DNA from: Nemertoderma westbladi
Taxonomy: Eukaryota; Animalia; Xenacoelomorpha
DNA: 64,000 bases
Assembly: GCA_032718475.1 (NCBI GenBank)
Contig: JAUCBJ010006637.1
Span: 1-64,000 of the forward strand
Direction of reading: 5' to 3'
Of this stretch, positions 13,610-24,504 are shown in pieces. Positions within the stretch are counted from its first letter, which is position 1. Each line of letters begins with the position of its first letter. Under the pieces are notes generated by a model. The model did not search any database. It was not told where the DNA came from and was given only the letters and a program-made list of their open reading frames with translations. Made by a program: the position numbers and the translations under genes.

Positions 13610-14032
13610 CTAGGCCTGGGCCCCCCCGGTCCAACTGGTAGTGTAGGAAGAACTCGTAGGCAGACTATCCCCAACGTGTTCGACTGTGTCCACCGGAAGT
13701 TTGTGCGAAGGAAAGCAAAGCTCGCCTCGGTGGCGGGGGGATAGACCTAAAACCCTCTGATTTTTAATCTCCGGTTTTAAAAATCTCCCTTTTTATTCGA
13801 GGCGTCTCGTTTTTAGCCGTGAAAATATTAAGTGCATTTGATTTAATTATTATTTTATTCGTCAGTGAGATTATTTTATGAGAAAGGTTTTGATTTTGTG
13901 TTGATACGATAATATTGTCGGTTTCCTATTGTCGGTGAGGATGTCGGTTACTAACGCAGTTCGTATTGTAACGGTGATATTGTAGCTTCTACTATTGGTG
14001 GATTACTTACATTATTCGGGATTAATGAAAAC

Positions 14033-14046
14033 ATTAAAATATAAAA
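14033..14046 (+). terminator. Candidate polyadenylation signal of eEF1A
   Basis: ATTAAA at 14033-14038 within ATTAAAATATAAAA, ~425 nt after the stop, followed by T-rich sequence. Confidence 0.4.
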
Positions 14047-15063
14047 CAATGAGTTAAATTATTTATTAAACTTTTCTTCCATCCGGCCGCGGGGGGGGGG
14101 GGGGGGGGGGGGGGGGCGGTGTATTACCGCACATTAATATATTAATTTTGTACCCCTTATACTAACTACACAAGTAACGCCCAGTAGGTAATAATAACAA
14201 CAATAATAGTAACATTAAATAAATTAAATAATATTGACACGACTAGTGATATGATAAACCTCTGCCTTTTAGTAATCTTGAAAAGGCTAATTGGAATTCA
14301 ATACAAAATTACTTTTTAGTGAATTGGCGCCAGCCGATGACATGACAGACACCTTTACGTGACTAGACATCATGAAGCAGCTGCAGTAACAATGCACCAG
14401 TATGTAAGCAGCATGGTGCGAATACTTTTGAAAAAGAGAAGAGTGTTTATTGAAACAAAATAATAAAGTGCAACGAACAAAAATATATTAGAGAGCAGAG
14501 AGTAATTGAATAAAAATTATTCAAATTGATAAAGTTCCTAAACGTTACTCCCGCTAAGCGTGTCTAGATACATTTATAATGTGTTTGCATAATTGCAGGA
14601 TATTATTTATACATAGTTGGTGCGCGCAACGAGTTCTCAGCCGATTTTTATACAATACAATAGAAGTGAAATTATCTTGTATCGGACCAAAAACACGCAA
14701 CGCCGGCGCGTCCAGTAGGAACTACTTGTTTTATTGAAAAATGAACCCTTAATTATAGCCGATGCATTAAAATCAACAAGGCTCGAAGTCTAATCAACTT
14801 CCGTGTGCGGCTTACTTACTTAGTACAGGTTCTCTACTCGAACAGCATAGCTTAGCTTTCTTTGATAAATTTCTTGCGAATTATTAAACATAGATAGACT
14901 TTAATAGTAAATAACATTGTCCAAAAACAACAGCTTTTTTTTAGAAATCCTCTACTTTTTAAAGCAGCTCTGCCCACAGATATGAAAAAGACTATATACT
15001 TTATTGTTAATGTTTTATTTTAATCTGAGTTACAGAATAAAATGAGACTAGATACCCAACCAA

Positions 15064-15344
15064 GGTTCCACCTTGGTGTAGTGGTTGCATTGAATTCACA
15101 TCTCCCGTAGGTCGTGGGTTCGATCCTAACATGGGCAAGGGCAGTTTTCGTTTCGGCACGAATGCTTTAAAGGGACCAGCCAGGGCGCATCTCTGCCTTG
15201 CATCCTTAAGTGGTAGCTAAATGAGTACTGGAGTTTCCTCTGGGGAGTAAAGTTCTGGGGGGACCGCACTGGAAATAAGTCGTCAGACTTTGTGCGTAAT
15301 CCCTGGCCTCTAGCGGCCGAAGAAAAATTACTTAACTTTACTTT
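15064..15344 (+). mobile_element. tRNA-derived SINE, copy 1
   Basis: Pol III A box TGGTGTAGTGG, B box GGTTCGATCC, central AAATGAGTAC...GGGGAGTAAAG block, 3' hairpin and (ACTTT)n tail. Near-identical copy at 16517. Confidence 0.85.
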
Positions 15345-15726
15345 AATCGTTGCTAAGATTGCAATTTTCTTTAATATTACAACTATTTAGTTGACCCATG
15401 TTATTGTAGCCAATGCGATCTTTGACTTTAGTGGGGCTTCATACTTTTGAGTGTAGAACATTGTTCTAGAACTGGCTTTATTAATAATAAATACATTTTT
15501 GTTCGATAAATATTTTTATTCTTAAATTGTTACTTTTGCTCGAATATACCCCAAAATCTGGAGAAAAATTAATAATTTTTTCCCAAAGAATAGTAACCCA
15601 TAGTATTGCATTGATTTACTTTATTTCCAGGCGAAAAGGTAATATACAATATTTTTGGTGGAATTTCTTAAATTTAATGTCAATATTGCATCTGTTAAAA
15701 GAGCATCGAAGTAGAAAAGGTTTGCA

Positions 15727-15874
15727 TGTAATTTGACACACTCTCAAATTCACACTCTCAAAAGTGATAGCAACTTTATTGTCTGCGCGGCGAACTCCAA
15801 AACGGAACTCAATATCAGTGCTGACTGCATTATGCTGTTACTGTGTTAGGCATCAATGCCTTATCGTTATTACA
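15727..15874 (-). mobile_element. Possible short LTR remnant
   Basis: TGTAAT...ATTACA inverted termini and AATAAA on the minus strand. No TSD and no second copy in the window. Confidence 0.25.
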
Positions 15875-16516
15875 TTACCTGATTATCTGTATTTATTTGA
15901 CTATTTATTATCACCTCTCTCTCTCTACACGGGCTGGCAGCCACGGGGGCGGGGGCCTAATCTAATCTGGACATAGTATCTGAATCTGTATGGAGGGGAG
16001 GCCGTGGTAGTTATAGTTGGAAAGTGTTGTGTGTATAGATGACGCTCGCTCGCACGGTCTACAGAGTGGCACAAGTTCGACTAGTCAGGGCTTTTTTATA
16101 GATCAGATGACACCAGGGCCTACCACTAACATTTGTACATTTCGACGGGCGATATATTCAGTAAACCCGGAGTGCCGAAGGCTGTTCCGACTTGATTGTG
16201 CTATAAATGCTTCAAATTCCTCGGAGTCCGCCAGTAAAAAGAATATACCGTCAATCGTTTATCGAAATTCATGAAGGAGAGTATAATTAGTTCTTTATCT
16301 GATGTAGAGATGAAGCTACTGCTGGACTTGGGGTTGGAGGGTCCGGTTATTCTTTTAAGAATCATCATGCTAGGTTTATTCTTCTGCCTAAACCACCGGG
16401 ACTCCTATCTGAATGCCCGAAGACATATTGGCCCTTTCGGAGGATCTCGAGTAAGACAATATGCGTGGCCCACCTTAACAGGGTTCGTTCTTACTATCTT
16501 GGATTTAATAGACAAA

Positions 16517-16791
16517 GGTTCCACCTTGGTGTAGTATTAAATTCACATCTCCTGTAGGTCGTGGGTTCGATCCTCACATGGGCCAGGGCAGTTTTCGTTT
16601 CGGCACGAATGCTTTAAAGGGACCAGCCAGGGCGCATCTCTGCCTTGAATCCTAAGTGGTAGCTAAATGAGTACTATAGATTCCTCTGGGGAGTAAAGTT
16701 CTGGGGGGACCGCAGTGGAAATAAGTCGTCAGACTTTGTGCGTAATCCCTGGCCCAGTGGCCGAAGAAAATTTACTTTACTTTACTTTTTT
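16517..16791 (+). mobile_element. tRNA-derived SINE, copy 2
   Basis: Aligns end to end with 15064-15344 (small deletion after the A box); (TTTAC)n tail. Confidence 0.85.
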
Positions 16792-17123
16792 GGTAATTGA
16801 TACATAATAGATCTACTGAGATAAATTAATAATATTACGACTTCAATATAATGATATTAATTAATATTGAGAACTGATATTATTTAGGGGAATTATTATT
16901 AACTATCTTGGAATATAGTGTCGTTTCATGATTTGAGGAAGTTATACTTTATTTTACTCTACTCTACTATGTGTGTGATGCGGAATTAAGAGATTCATAT
17001 TCAGTCGGGGATATTTATCATGGGTTACCGGTACGGTTAACATTATCTGCTATCTGGCCCGGGCTATATTACTACAGTACTTAATTGGCCCGTGGGGGGA
17101 GGGGGGGGGGGGGGGGGGGGGGT

Positions 17124-17830
17124 GGTAACTTTCGACATTTTTTAGATCTTGGCTCAAAAATTACAATTTTGATGGCATACGGGATTTCGAGGACGCTGAT
17201 CACGATAAACATGTCAAACTTTCTGGCAAATTTAAATTTTCTGGCAATGCATCAATCATTTTTGGTGCTATTTTGGACCACCAGGACGAAAAGTAAAAGT
17301 AAACAATTCTGTCAAACTAAAAACTTTTGTGTTTGGTTTTTTAATTCTAAATGTATACGGGTTTTCGAGGTAGCGCGATTTCGCGATGAAAGTAGTCATA
17401 AATATTTCTGGTAAGTGCAAACCCAACTTTGGTGCCATTTCGGTGCTCCAAAACGAAAAGTACAAGTAGCAAAAATTTGAAACTGTTAAATTTTGCCTTT
17501 GGTTTGGTAATTCTGAAACTATACTGGTTTTCAAGGTCGCTAATCGAGATACAACTCGTTAAAAATAATTCGTGGTAACGCAATTATCGTTTTTCGTGTT
17601 TGACTGGTGGGACGAAAAATGCAAGTAGCATCAAATTTCAAAGGGAAAAAATCGAATTTGTTTGGATGGATAATACGATATTTATATGAGTGTCATATTC
17701 GTGATCAGCATCCCAAAAAACCCATATGGTCATAAAATCAATTTGTTTTCGTGGTGATTTTTCATTGTCATATTTCCACTACTTGTTTTTTTCGTGCTCC
17801 AGGGGCAAAAAAACTGACTAATAACTAATA
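17124..17830. repeat. Interspersed repeat with internal subrepeats (likely non-autonomous DNA transposon), copy 1
   Basis: Collinear with ~62045-62790. Recurrent motif TTTTC(G/A)AGGTCGCTGAT(C/T)ACGA and its inverse TCGTGATCAGC(A)TCCCAAAAAACCC. Ends are not defined. Confidence 0.65.
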
Positions 17831-18796
17831 TAACAACATGCCTAAGCTGTTATATTACACAACTCTTCGATATATTGATGTAGGTAGAGGAATAAACCTT
17901 CCCAATGAAATCAGCACATTCTAAAAACTTCAGTAGCCAAACTGTACGGCCAATTACCACGTTTGAAAAAAGTGCTACTTGCACTTTTGGTGCTCTTTTA
18001 GAATATATTGATAAAAAAATTTAAATTTTGCTTCTATTCTTACTTTCGATTACTAATAATGAATTCAACAAACCAAAAAAGCATATAATGGTTTCATGGT
18101 TATACCAAAGTCTTTGAAGGATGATGTATTTTGTGTAATTTTATCAATTCCGTAAGGTTCCGAAATGGTATGGGTGCCAGGAACTCCTCATATCTCGAAA
18201 ACTAATGGAGCTACAGTATTAACTTTTTATTTGTCTCATCTGAAGAGGATATAATTTTATTTAGGGACAAGTACTTTCGACACGCTAGACCTATTGTTTC
18301 AGGGGTTCTATCTAAGAAAAATAACTGGCCCAGGCCCACTAAATTTAGGGGCTTTGCAGCAGCTTGGCGGGTCGTATCTATAGTAGGTCATGTATGGACA
18401 ATGGCACCTTACATATTTTAAGACCCTATATACAGTAAGACTCACTTATGTAAACCTATCTTCCGCGCTCGCTCCTACAGCACTACAATAACAGCTTGCA
18501 TTTATTCTATTTGTTGAGTTTTCTTTTTCGTTCTTGGGGGGGGGGGGGGGGGGGGGGGGCAATTTCACTAAGAGCTGACCTTGACCTTATCTCGTCTATT
18601 TTTCCAAGAAATTTAATTATTGTATCATTTTATTAATATAGAAAAACATGTACAACATAATTTGCCTGCCAAAAATACTTTCGGGTGACCTGGTCGCAGT
18701 AATGCCCATTATTCCATTTCGTAGTAATTATTGGTCTGGCGATAAATGAAAGTGAAATATAGTCATGGGCAGAAATCTCGGCAATGTAAGAAGGCT

Positions 18797-21057
18797 ATCG
18801 GTTGTCGGCTGTCGGTTGTCTGCTGTCGGTTGTTTGCTGTCGGTTCTCTGCTGTCGGTTGTCTGCTGTCAGTTGTCTGCTGTCGGTTGCCTACTCACGGT
18901 TGCCTGCTGTTTGTTGTCTGCTGTCGGTTGTCTGCTGTCGGATATCTGTGGCGGTTGTCTGCTATCGGTTGACGGCTGTCGGTTGTCTGCTGTCGGTTGT
19001 CTGCTGTCGGTTGTCTGCTGACTGTTTTTTTTGTCGATTGTCTGCTAACTGTTTTTTTTGTCGGTTGCCTGCTGAAGCCTCGGCTGTCCGTTGTCTGCTG
19101 TCGGTTGTCTGCTCACGGTTGTCTGCTGTCGGTTGTCTGCTGTCGGTTGTCTGCTGTCGGGTGTCTGCTGTCGGTTGTCTGCTCACGGTTGCTTGCTGTC
19201 GGTTGTCTGCTGTCGGTTGTATGCTGTCGATTGTCCGCTGACGGTTGTCTGCTATCGGTTCACGGCTGTCGTTTGTCTGCTGTCGGTTGTCGGTTGTCTG
19301 CTATCGGTTATCTGCTGTCTGTTGTTTGTTGTCGGTTGTCTGCTTCGCGCGTCGGCTGTCTGTTGTCTACTGTCGGTTGTCTGCTGTCGGTTGTCTGCTG
19401 TCGGTTGTCTGCTGACGGCTGTCGGTTGTCTGCTGTCGGTTGTCTGCTGACGGCTGTAAGTTGTCTGCTGTCGGTTGTCTGCTGTCGGTTGTCTGCTCAC
19501 GGTTGTCTGCTGACGGTTGTCTGCTATCGGTTGACGGCTGTCGGTTGTCTGCTGTCGGTTGTCTGCTGTCGGTTGCCTGCTGATTGTTTTTTGTTGTCGG
19601 TTGTCTGCTGCGCCCCGGCTGTCCGTTGTCTGCTGTCGGTTGTCTGCTCACGGTTATCTGCTGTCGGTTGTCTGCTGTCGGTTCTCTGTTGTCGGTTGTT
19701 TGCTGTCGGGTGTCTGCTGTCGATTGTCTGCTGACGGTTGTCTGCTATCGGTTGACGGCTGTCGGTAGTCTGCTGTCGGTTATCGGTTGTCTACTATCGG
19801 TTGTCTGCTGTCTGTTGTTTGTTGTCGGTTGTCTGCTTCGCGCGTCGGCTGTCTGTTGTCTACTGTCGGTTGTCTGCTGTCGGTTGTCTGCTGACGGCTG
19901 TCGGTTGTCTGCTGTCGGTTGTCTGCTGACGGCTGTCGGTTGTCTGCTGACGGTTGTCGGTTGTCTGCTGTCGGTTGTCTGCTGTCGGTTGTCTGCTCAC
20001 GGTTGTCTGCTGACGGTTGTCTGCTATCGGTTGACGGCTGTCGGTTGTCTGCTGTCGGTTGTCTGCTGTCGGTTGCCTGCTGATTGTTTTTTGTTGTCGG
20101 TTGTCTGCTGCGCCTCGGCTGTCCTTTGTCTGCTGTCGGTTGTCTGCTCACGGTTGTCTGCTGTCGGTTGTCTGCTGTCGGTTCTCTGTTGTCGGTTGTT
20201 TGCTGTCGGGTGTCTGCTGTCGATTGTCTGCTGACGGTTGTCTGCTATCGGTTGACGGCTGTCGGTTGTCTGCTGTCGGTTGTCGGTTGTCTGCTATCGG
20301 TTGTCTGATATCTGTTGTTTGTTGTCGGTTGTCTGCTGCGCGTCGGCTGTCTGTTGTCTGCTGTCGGTTGACTGCAGTGAGTTGTCTGCTCACGGTTGTC
20401 TACTGTCGGTTGACTGCTGTCGGTTGTCTGCTGTCGGTTGTCTGCTTTCGGCTGTCAGTTGTCTGCTGTCGGTTGTATGCTGTCGGTCGTCTGCTGTCGG
20501 TTGTCTGCTCACGGTTGTCTGCTGACGGTTGTCTGCTATCGGTTGACGGCTTTCGGTTGTCTGCTGTCGGTTGTCTGCTGTCGGTTGTCTGCTGTCGGTT
20601 GTCTGCTGATTGTTTTTGTTGTCGGTTGCCTGTTGCGCCTCGGCTGTCCGTTGTCTGATGTCGGTTGTCTGCTCACGGTTGTCTGCTGTCGGTTGTCTGA
20701 TGTCGGTTCTCTGTTGTCGGTTGTCTGCTGTCGGGTGTCTGCTGTCGGTTGTCTGCTCACGGTTGCTTGCTGTCGGTTGTCTGCTGTCGGTTGTCTGCTG
20801 TCGGTTGTCTGCTTTCGATTGTCTGCTGACGGTTGTCTGCTATCGGTTGATAGCTGTCGGTTGTCTGCTGTCGGTTGTCGGTTGTCTGCTGTCGGTTGTC
20901 TGCTGTCGGTTGTCTGCTGTCGGTTGTCTGTTGTCGGTTGTCTGCTGTCGGTTGTCTGCTCACGGTTGTCTGCTGCCGGTTGACGGCTGTCGGTTTTCTG
21001 CTGTCGGTTGTCTGCTGTCGGCTGTCTGCTGTCAGTTGGCGGCTGTCGGTTGCCTGC
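18797..21057. repeat. 14-bp tandem satellite (GTCGGTTGTCTGCT)n with 7-bp substructure
   Basis: Tandem units with variants (CTCACGGTT, CTGACGGCT). Ends abruptly at the TGT of the BEL-A LTR. Confidence 0.97.
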
Positions 21058-22275
21058 TGTAAAAGCCTTTGCTGAATTGCCCCGTTATTTTTATTATCTT
21101 TTACATTAAAATACTCTGTAGTTGATTTAATAAGTGTAAGAGACCGTATTATTGCTGTATCGGTGTTTTTAGAGGATCTAAGACCTATTTCCTCCGTATG
21201 TGTACTGTGAAAGGCATATTTTATGATTCTATGGCAATTCGTGACGCAAAGGGGTGATAGCTACTCTTGAACAGTAGTTACTATGACTACGGTTAACAGC
21301 TGACATTCATACGTGTTGATTTCCTTTGTTCTACGGCGTCTCTCAGTTCAGTCAGCCAATTAGAGCGTTTTTGTGGCTCCTTGTACAGAAAATTTCCGAG
21401 AAATGACGCAATGCCTATGTGCAGTGTTTACATTCAGTCCTGAGCCAAAGAAAGAACGGCTTGGAAGTATTTTGTGCTTTACTGTTTTTAGTCTTACACT
21501 AGTAGGTTTAATTACAAGGACATATATCCTTTAACTGCTGACTGATCATACATGCTGACTGCTGAAACATTGCAAACTCATAACAATCAGTGTTTTCATT
21601 GTTGTTTTATACTGCTATTTACCGTCAGTTCTTCATAATATGGTTGATGAATTATTATATTTGGAATAACGATAAATAACCCCGAAACCCAATATTCTTG
21701 ATATACCGAAGGTAAGAGAGAAGGGTTACAGATAAACGATTGTGACTTATGTTAAAGTGGTTTGAAGTGAATCTAATGTTATTTGATAGACCCTACATGA
21801 GTCAGTCTGTGTTCCTTTTATATGTGACTAAAATCAGTGAAGATTGGCAGATTAGTGTGCAGTATTGTGCAGCATTGTGTATGAGTGAGTCTGTTAAAGA
21901 AGCAATTCCTAAAGAATGCGCCATATATGTGAATTATAATTAAGCCATATCGTTGTGAGTAGTTTAAGTCATAACTCTGTTTATATAGATAAAGCGCCAC
22001 GTCCTAAAGGAACTGTTAATATTACCGAAGGTGAATAATATTGTCAGAGATTATATAGTACTGTCAGTCGAATAATACATTAGGCTTACATAGCAATAAA
22101 ATTAAACCGTCGAACCCAATCTCCCGGGAATATCCAGCGGGTGAATGATCGCGCACAGATTGGTTTCGACTAGTGTAGTGAATCAAATACTTGTCATAGA
22201 CTAAAAACCGATTTAATATCTAGAAGACATCTTAATTTGGTGGGTTAAACTGCCAAAGGTCTGAAAGCGCGAACA
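21058..22275 (+). repeat. BEL-A 5' LTR
   Basis: TGTAAAAGCC...GCGCGAACA. About 8 substitutions versus the 3' LTR, counted by eye. Confidence 0.96.
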
Positions 22276-22289
22276 TTAAAGGATATATG
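22276..22289 (+). promoter_or_regulatory. BEL-A primer-binding site, self-complementary type
   Basis: TTAAAGGATATATG abuts the LTR, has no TGG, and is the exact reverse complement of 21521-21534 (CATATATCCTTTAA). Confidence 0.75.
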
Positions 22290-22619
22290 CTTCTTTGTTG
22301 CAGTAAGCAATAAAGTTGAAAGTACCGGTCAACCGGTAAACCTGAACCGGTACATCTGTAGGTCAGTAGTCAGTAGGCCCAACCGCTAGAACCGGTACTT
22401 CTGTATTCCGTAGGCCTAGCTGTCCTAACCCGTACTTCCGTATAAGTACACTAGTATTATTCGATTTGATTGTTGTATACCGGTAGGTCTTAGTACTTAA
22501 TCAGGGAACGGCCGCCCTGATTTTTTATTGAGATTTTACTTATTTCTGTCAAGTTTTATTTATTTGTAGGACAGTATTGAACAGAAGGCGTGTAAGCCTG
22601 ATCAGATTGTACAGACGAT

Positions 22620-23195
22620 TTGTAGGCTGAGCTGTTGTCTGATTGCTGTTAAGTCCGAACGAATTGCAGTGTGTGTAGATCACCTGTCCGATTAAGTACG
22701 ATTAGGCAGTAGGGGCAGCGAACGCTGTAAGGTAAACCCCCAACTAAAGAATAAGTCGCACTACTGGGTTAGAGCGCATACTCCCTAATCATTTCGGAGT
22801 CTGCATGTCCTGTAGTTTATTTAGGCTTGAGAGTAGTCTGCCATCGTTTAGTCTGTACTTTGTTTGTATAAGTCTGTACGGGTAGCGTATAATTTATTTA
22901 GATAATTCGTAGGCTGGATAGTTGTCTGGCTGTTATTAGGTCTGAACGGATTGCCGCGTATGTAGATCATCTGTCCGATTAAGTACGGTTAGGCAGTAGG
23001 GGCAGCGAACGCTGTAAGGTAAACCCCCAACTAAAGAATAAGTCGCACTACTGGGTTAGAGCGCATACTCCCTAATCATTTCGGAGTCTGCATATACCGT
23101 AGTTTGTTTAGGCTTGATAGTAGTCTGTCAGTGTTCGGTCTGTATTTTGTTTGAGTAGTTTGTACGCGTAGCGTAATATTTATTATTCAGAGTTT
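22620..23195 (+). repeat. ~290-bp tandem duplication in the BEL 5' leader
   Basis: GTAGGCTG...TAAGGTAAACCCCCAACTAAAGAATAAGTCGCACTACT...GGAGTCTGCAT occurs twice. The same duplication is in BEL-C (~55170-55569 plus 60421-60600). Confidence 0.85.
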
Positions 23196-24504
23196 ATGCG
23201 ATTATCCGCAACATTCATTCCCCAAGTTTGTTCCTACAGTAATTGTGTTTGTTATACATACCGCTATAGTTAAATTAACCCCGGTACTACACGGGCTGCT
23301 CGGGGTAGGTAAAGACTGGTGATTTTGTGCATCGGTCACTCCAGCAGATGCCGTGGTTCTTTTAGCTGTTCAAGTATATTTAACTACTGATTATTTGTTG
23401 TACAAGTACTCGTACCTAATTTAGGGTTTAGTGTACAGTGCTTTCCGAAAGTAATTAGTGTAGGCATTATATTTGTGTTGTAAAGTGGTTAATAGGCACA
23501 TTCGATTAGCTCTATTAACTTCTAGGTAGGAACACTCCGTGATACATAACGTAGAACCTATAGCGATACGGCTATAGGTCGTCAGGCGGTGGTATTTTCC
23601 TATCTAGACAACGCAGTGTATTTACTACTACTTATTATTTCAAATACCGTAGTACCCTGTCCGTGTAATAACCAGTTTTCTAACCCTTTGTTAGGCTGGT
23701 TTGTAGACTTCTTGTAAAATTACCCTAAAAATTCGTATTTTGTGTTTTTTTTTGTAAATTTTTGTGTTTATTTAGAGATTGTAATCTCAACCCGAATTGT
23801 ACGTAATTTGTAGTATTAAGTAACTTAGGTAAATTAGAATTATTTGTTTTAGTGTCCTATACGTAACACTTCACTAAAAGCGCACCGCTTTGTGTAGTGA
23901 TTACCCCAGAAATAATAACATTTATTTCAAACATTGACTAAACCCATTAAAACGGGTATAAATATATTATAAATCAAATCTAACGATTTATAAATAGTAG
24001 GCCTACCATATAACAATTAGGTCTCAATATCAGTTGGACTACTGCTTAAATAACGGTAATAAAGTAAGTTAAAGTAACCAAATAACCCTAAAGTTCAGAA
24101 ATTCAATTATTCCAAAATAATTGATATACCGGTATTTACGATAGGCCTATTATCTTATTTCTATAAATCTAGGCTGAAATTATACCGGTACTCGTAATTA
24201 ATTCTATTCCAGAATTATATATACTACAAACTGTAATCTGTATACCGGTATTCCGATAGGCCTATTATATATTTATATATATTTGTGCTAAAATTATACC
24301 GGTATTCTGTGATAAACCTAGTCTGTAATAATACTTATATAGCTATATATACTAGAAGTATACCGGTATTATAATATATTATATATCACGCTACACTGAG
24401 TAGCAGTAACGGTAATTAATTACTAGGCTAGCAGTTAATACTGAGTTACTAGACTTGCTCAGACTGTAATACAGCAGTAGGCATTCAACGGTACATACCT
24501 AGTC

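Noticed and set aside
12287-13674. Antisense ORFs of 107-231 aa over eEF1A
   Set aside because: Shadow ORFs caused by high GC3 of the sense gene.
14091-14116. Long poly-G/C tracts (also ~130, 326, 490, 2549, 17094, 18536, 60247) as functional G-quadruplex elements
   Set aside because: Simple homopolymers in unrelated contexts; lengths are unreliable and there is no further evidence of function.
15064-15135. tRNA gene
   Set aside because: A and B boxes are present, but there is no complete cloverleaf and the homology continues ~200 bp as a SINE body in two copies.
16017-16534. Short ORFs between the SINEs as a gene or TE protein
   Set aside because: No recognisable motif on either strand; possibly a decayed TE but not supportable.
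18746-21075. Cys/Leu/Val-rich and Gln/Thr-rich ORFs
   Set aside because: They are translations of the 14-bp satellite on both strands.
22234-22250. TTTGGTGGG as a tRNA-type PBS for BEL-A
   Set aside because: It lies inside the LTR (repeated at ~36563), and the following bases differ in BEL-C (TTTGGCAGG). The LTR ends at 22275, as fixed by the BEL-C TSD.
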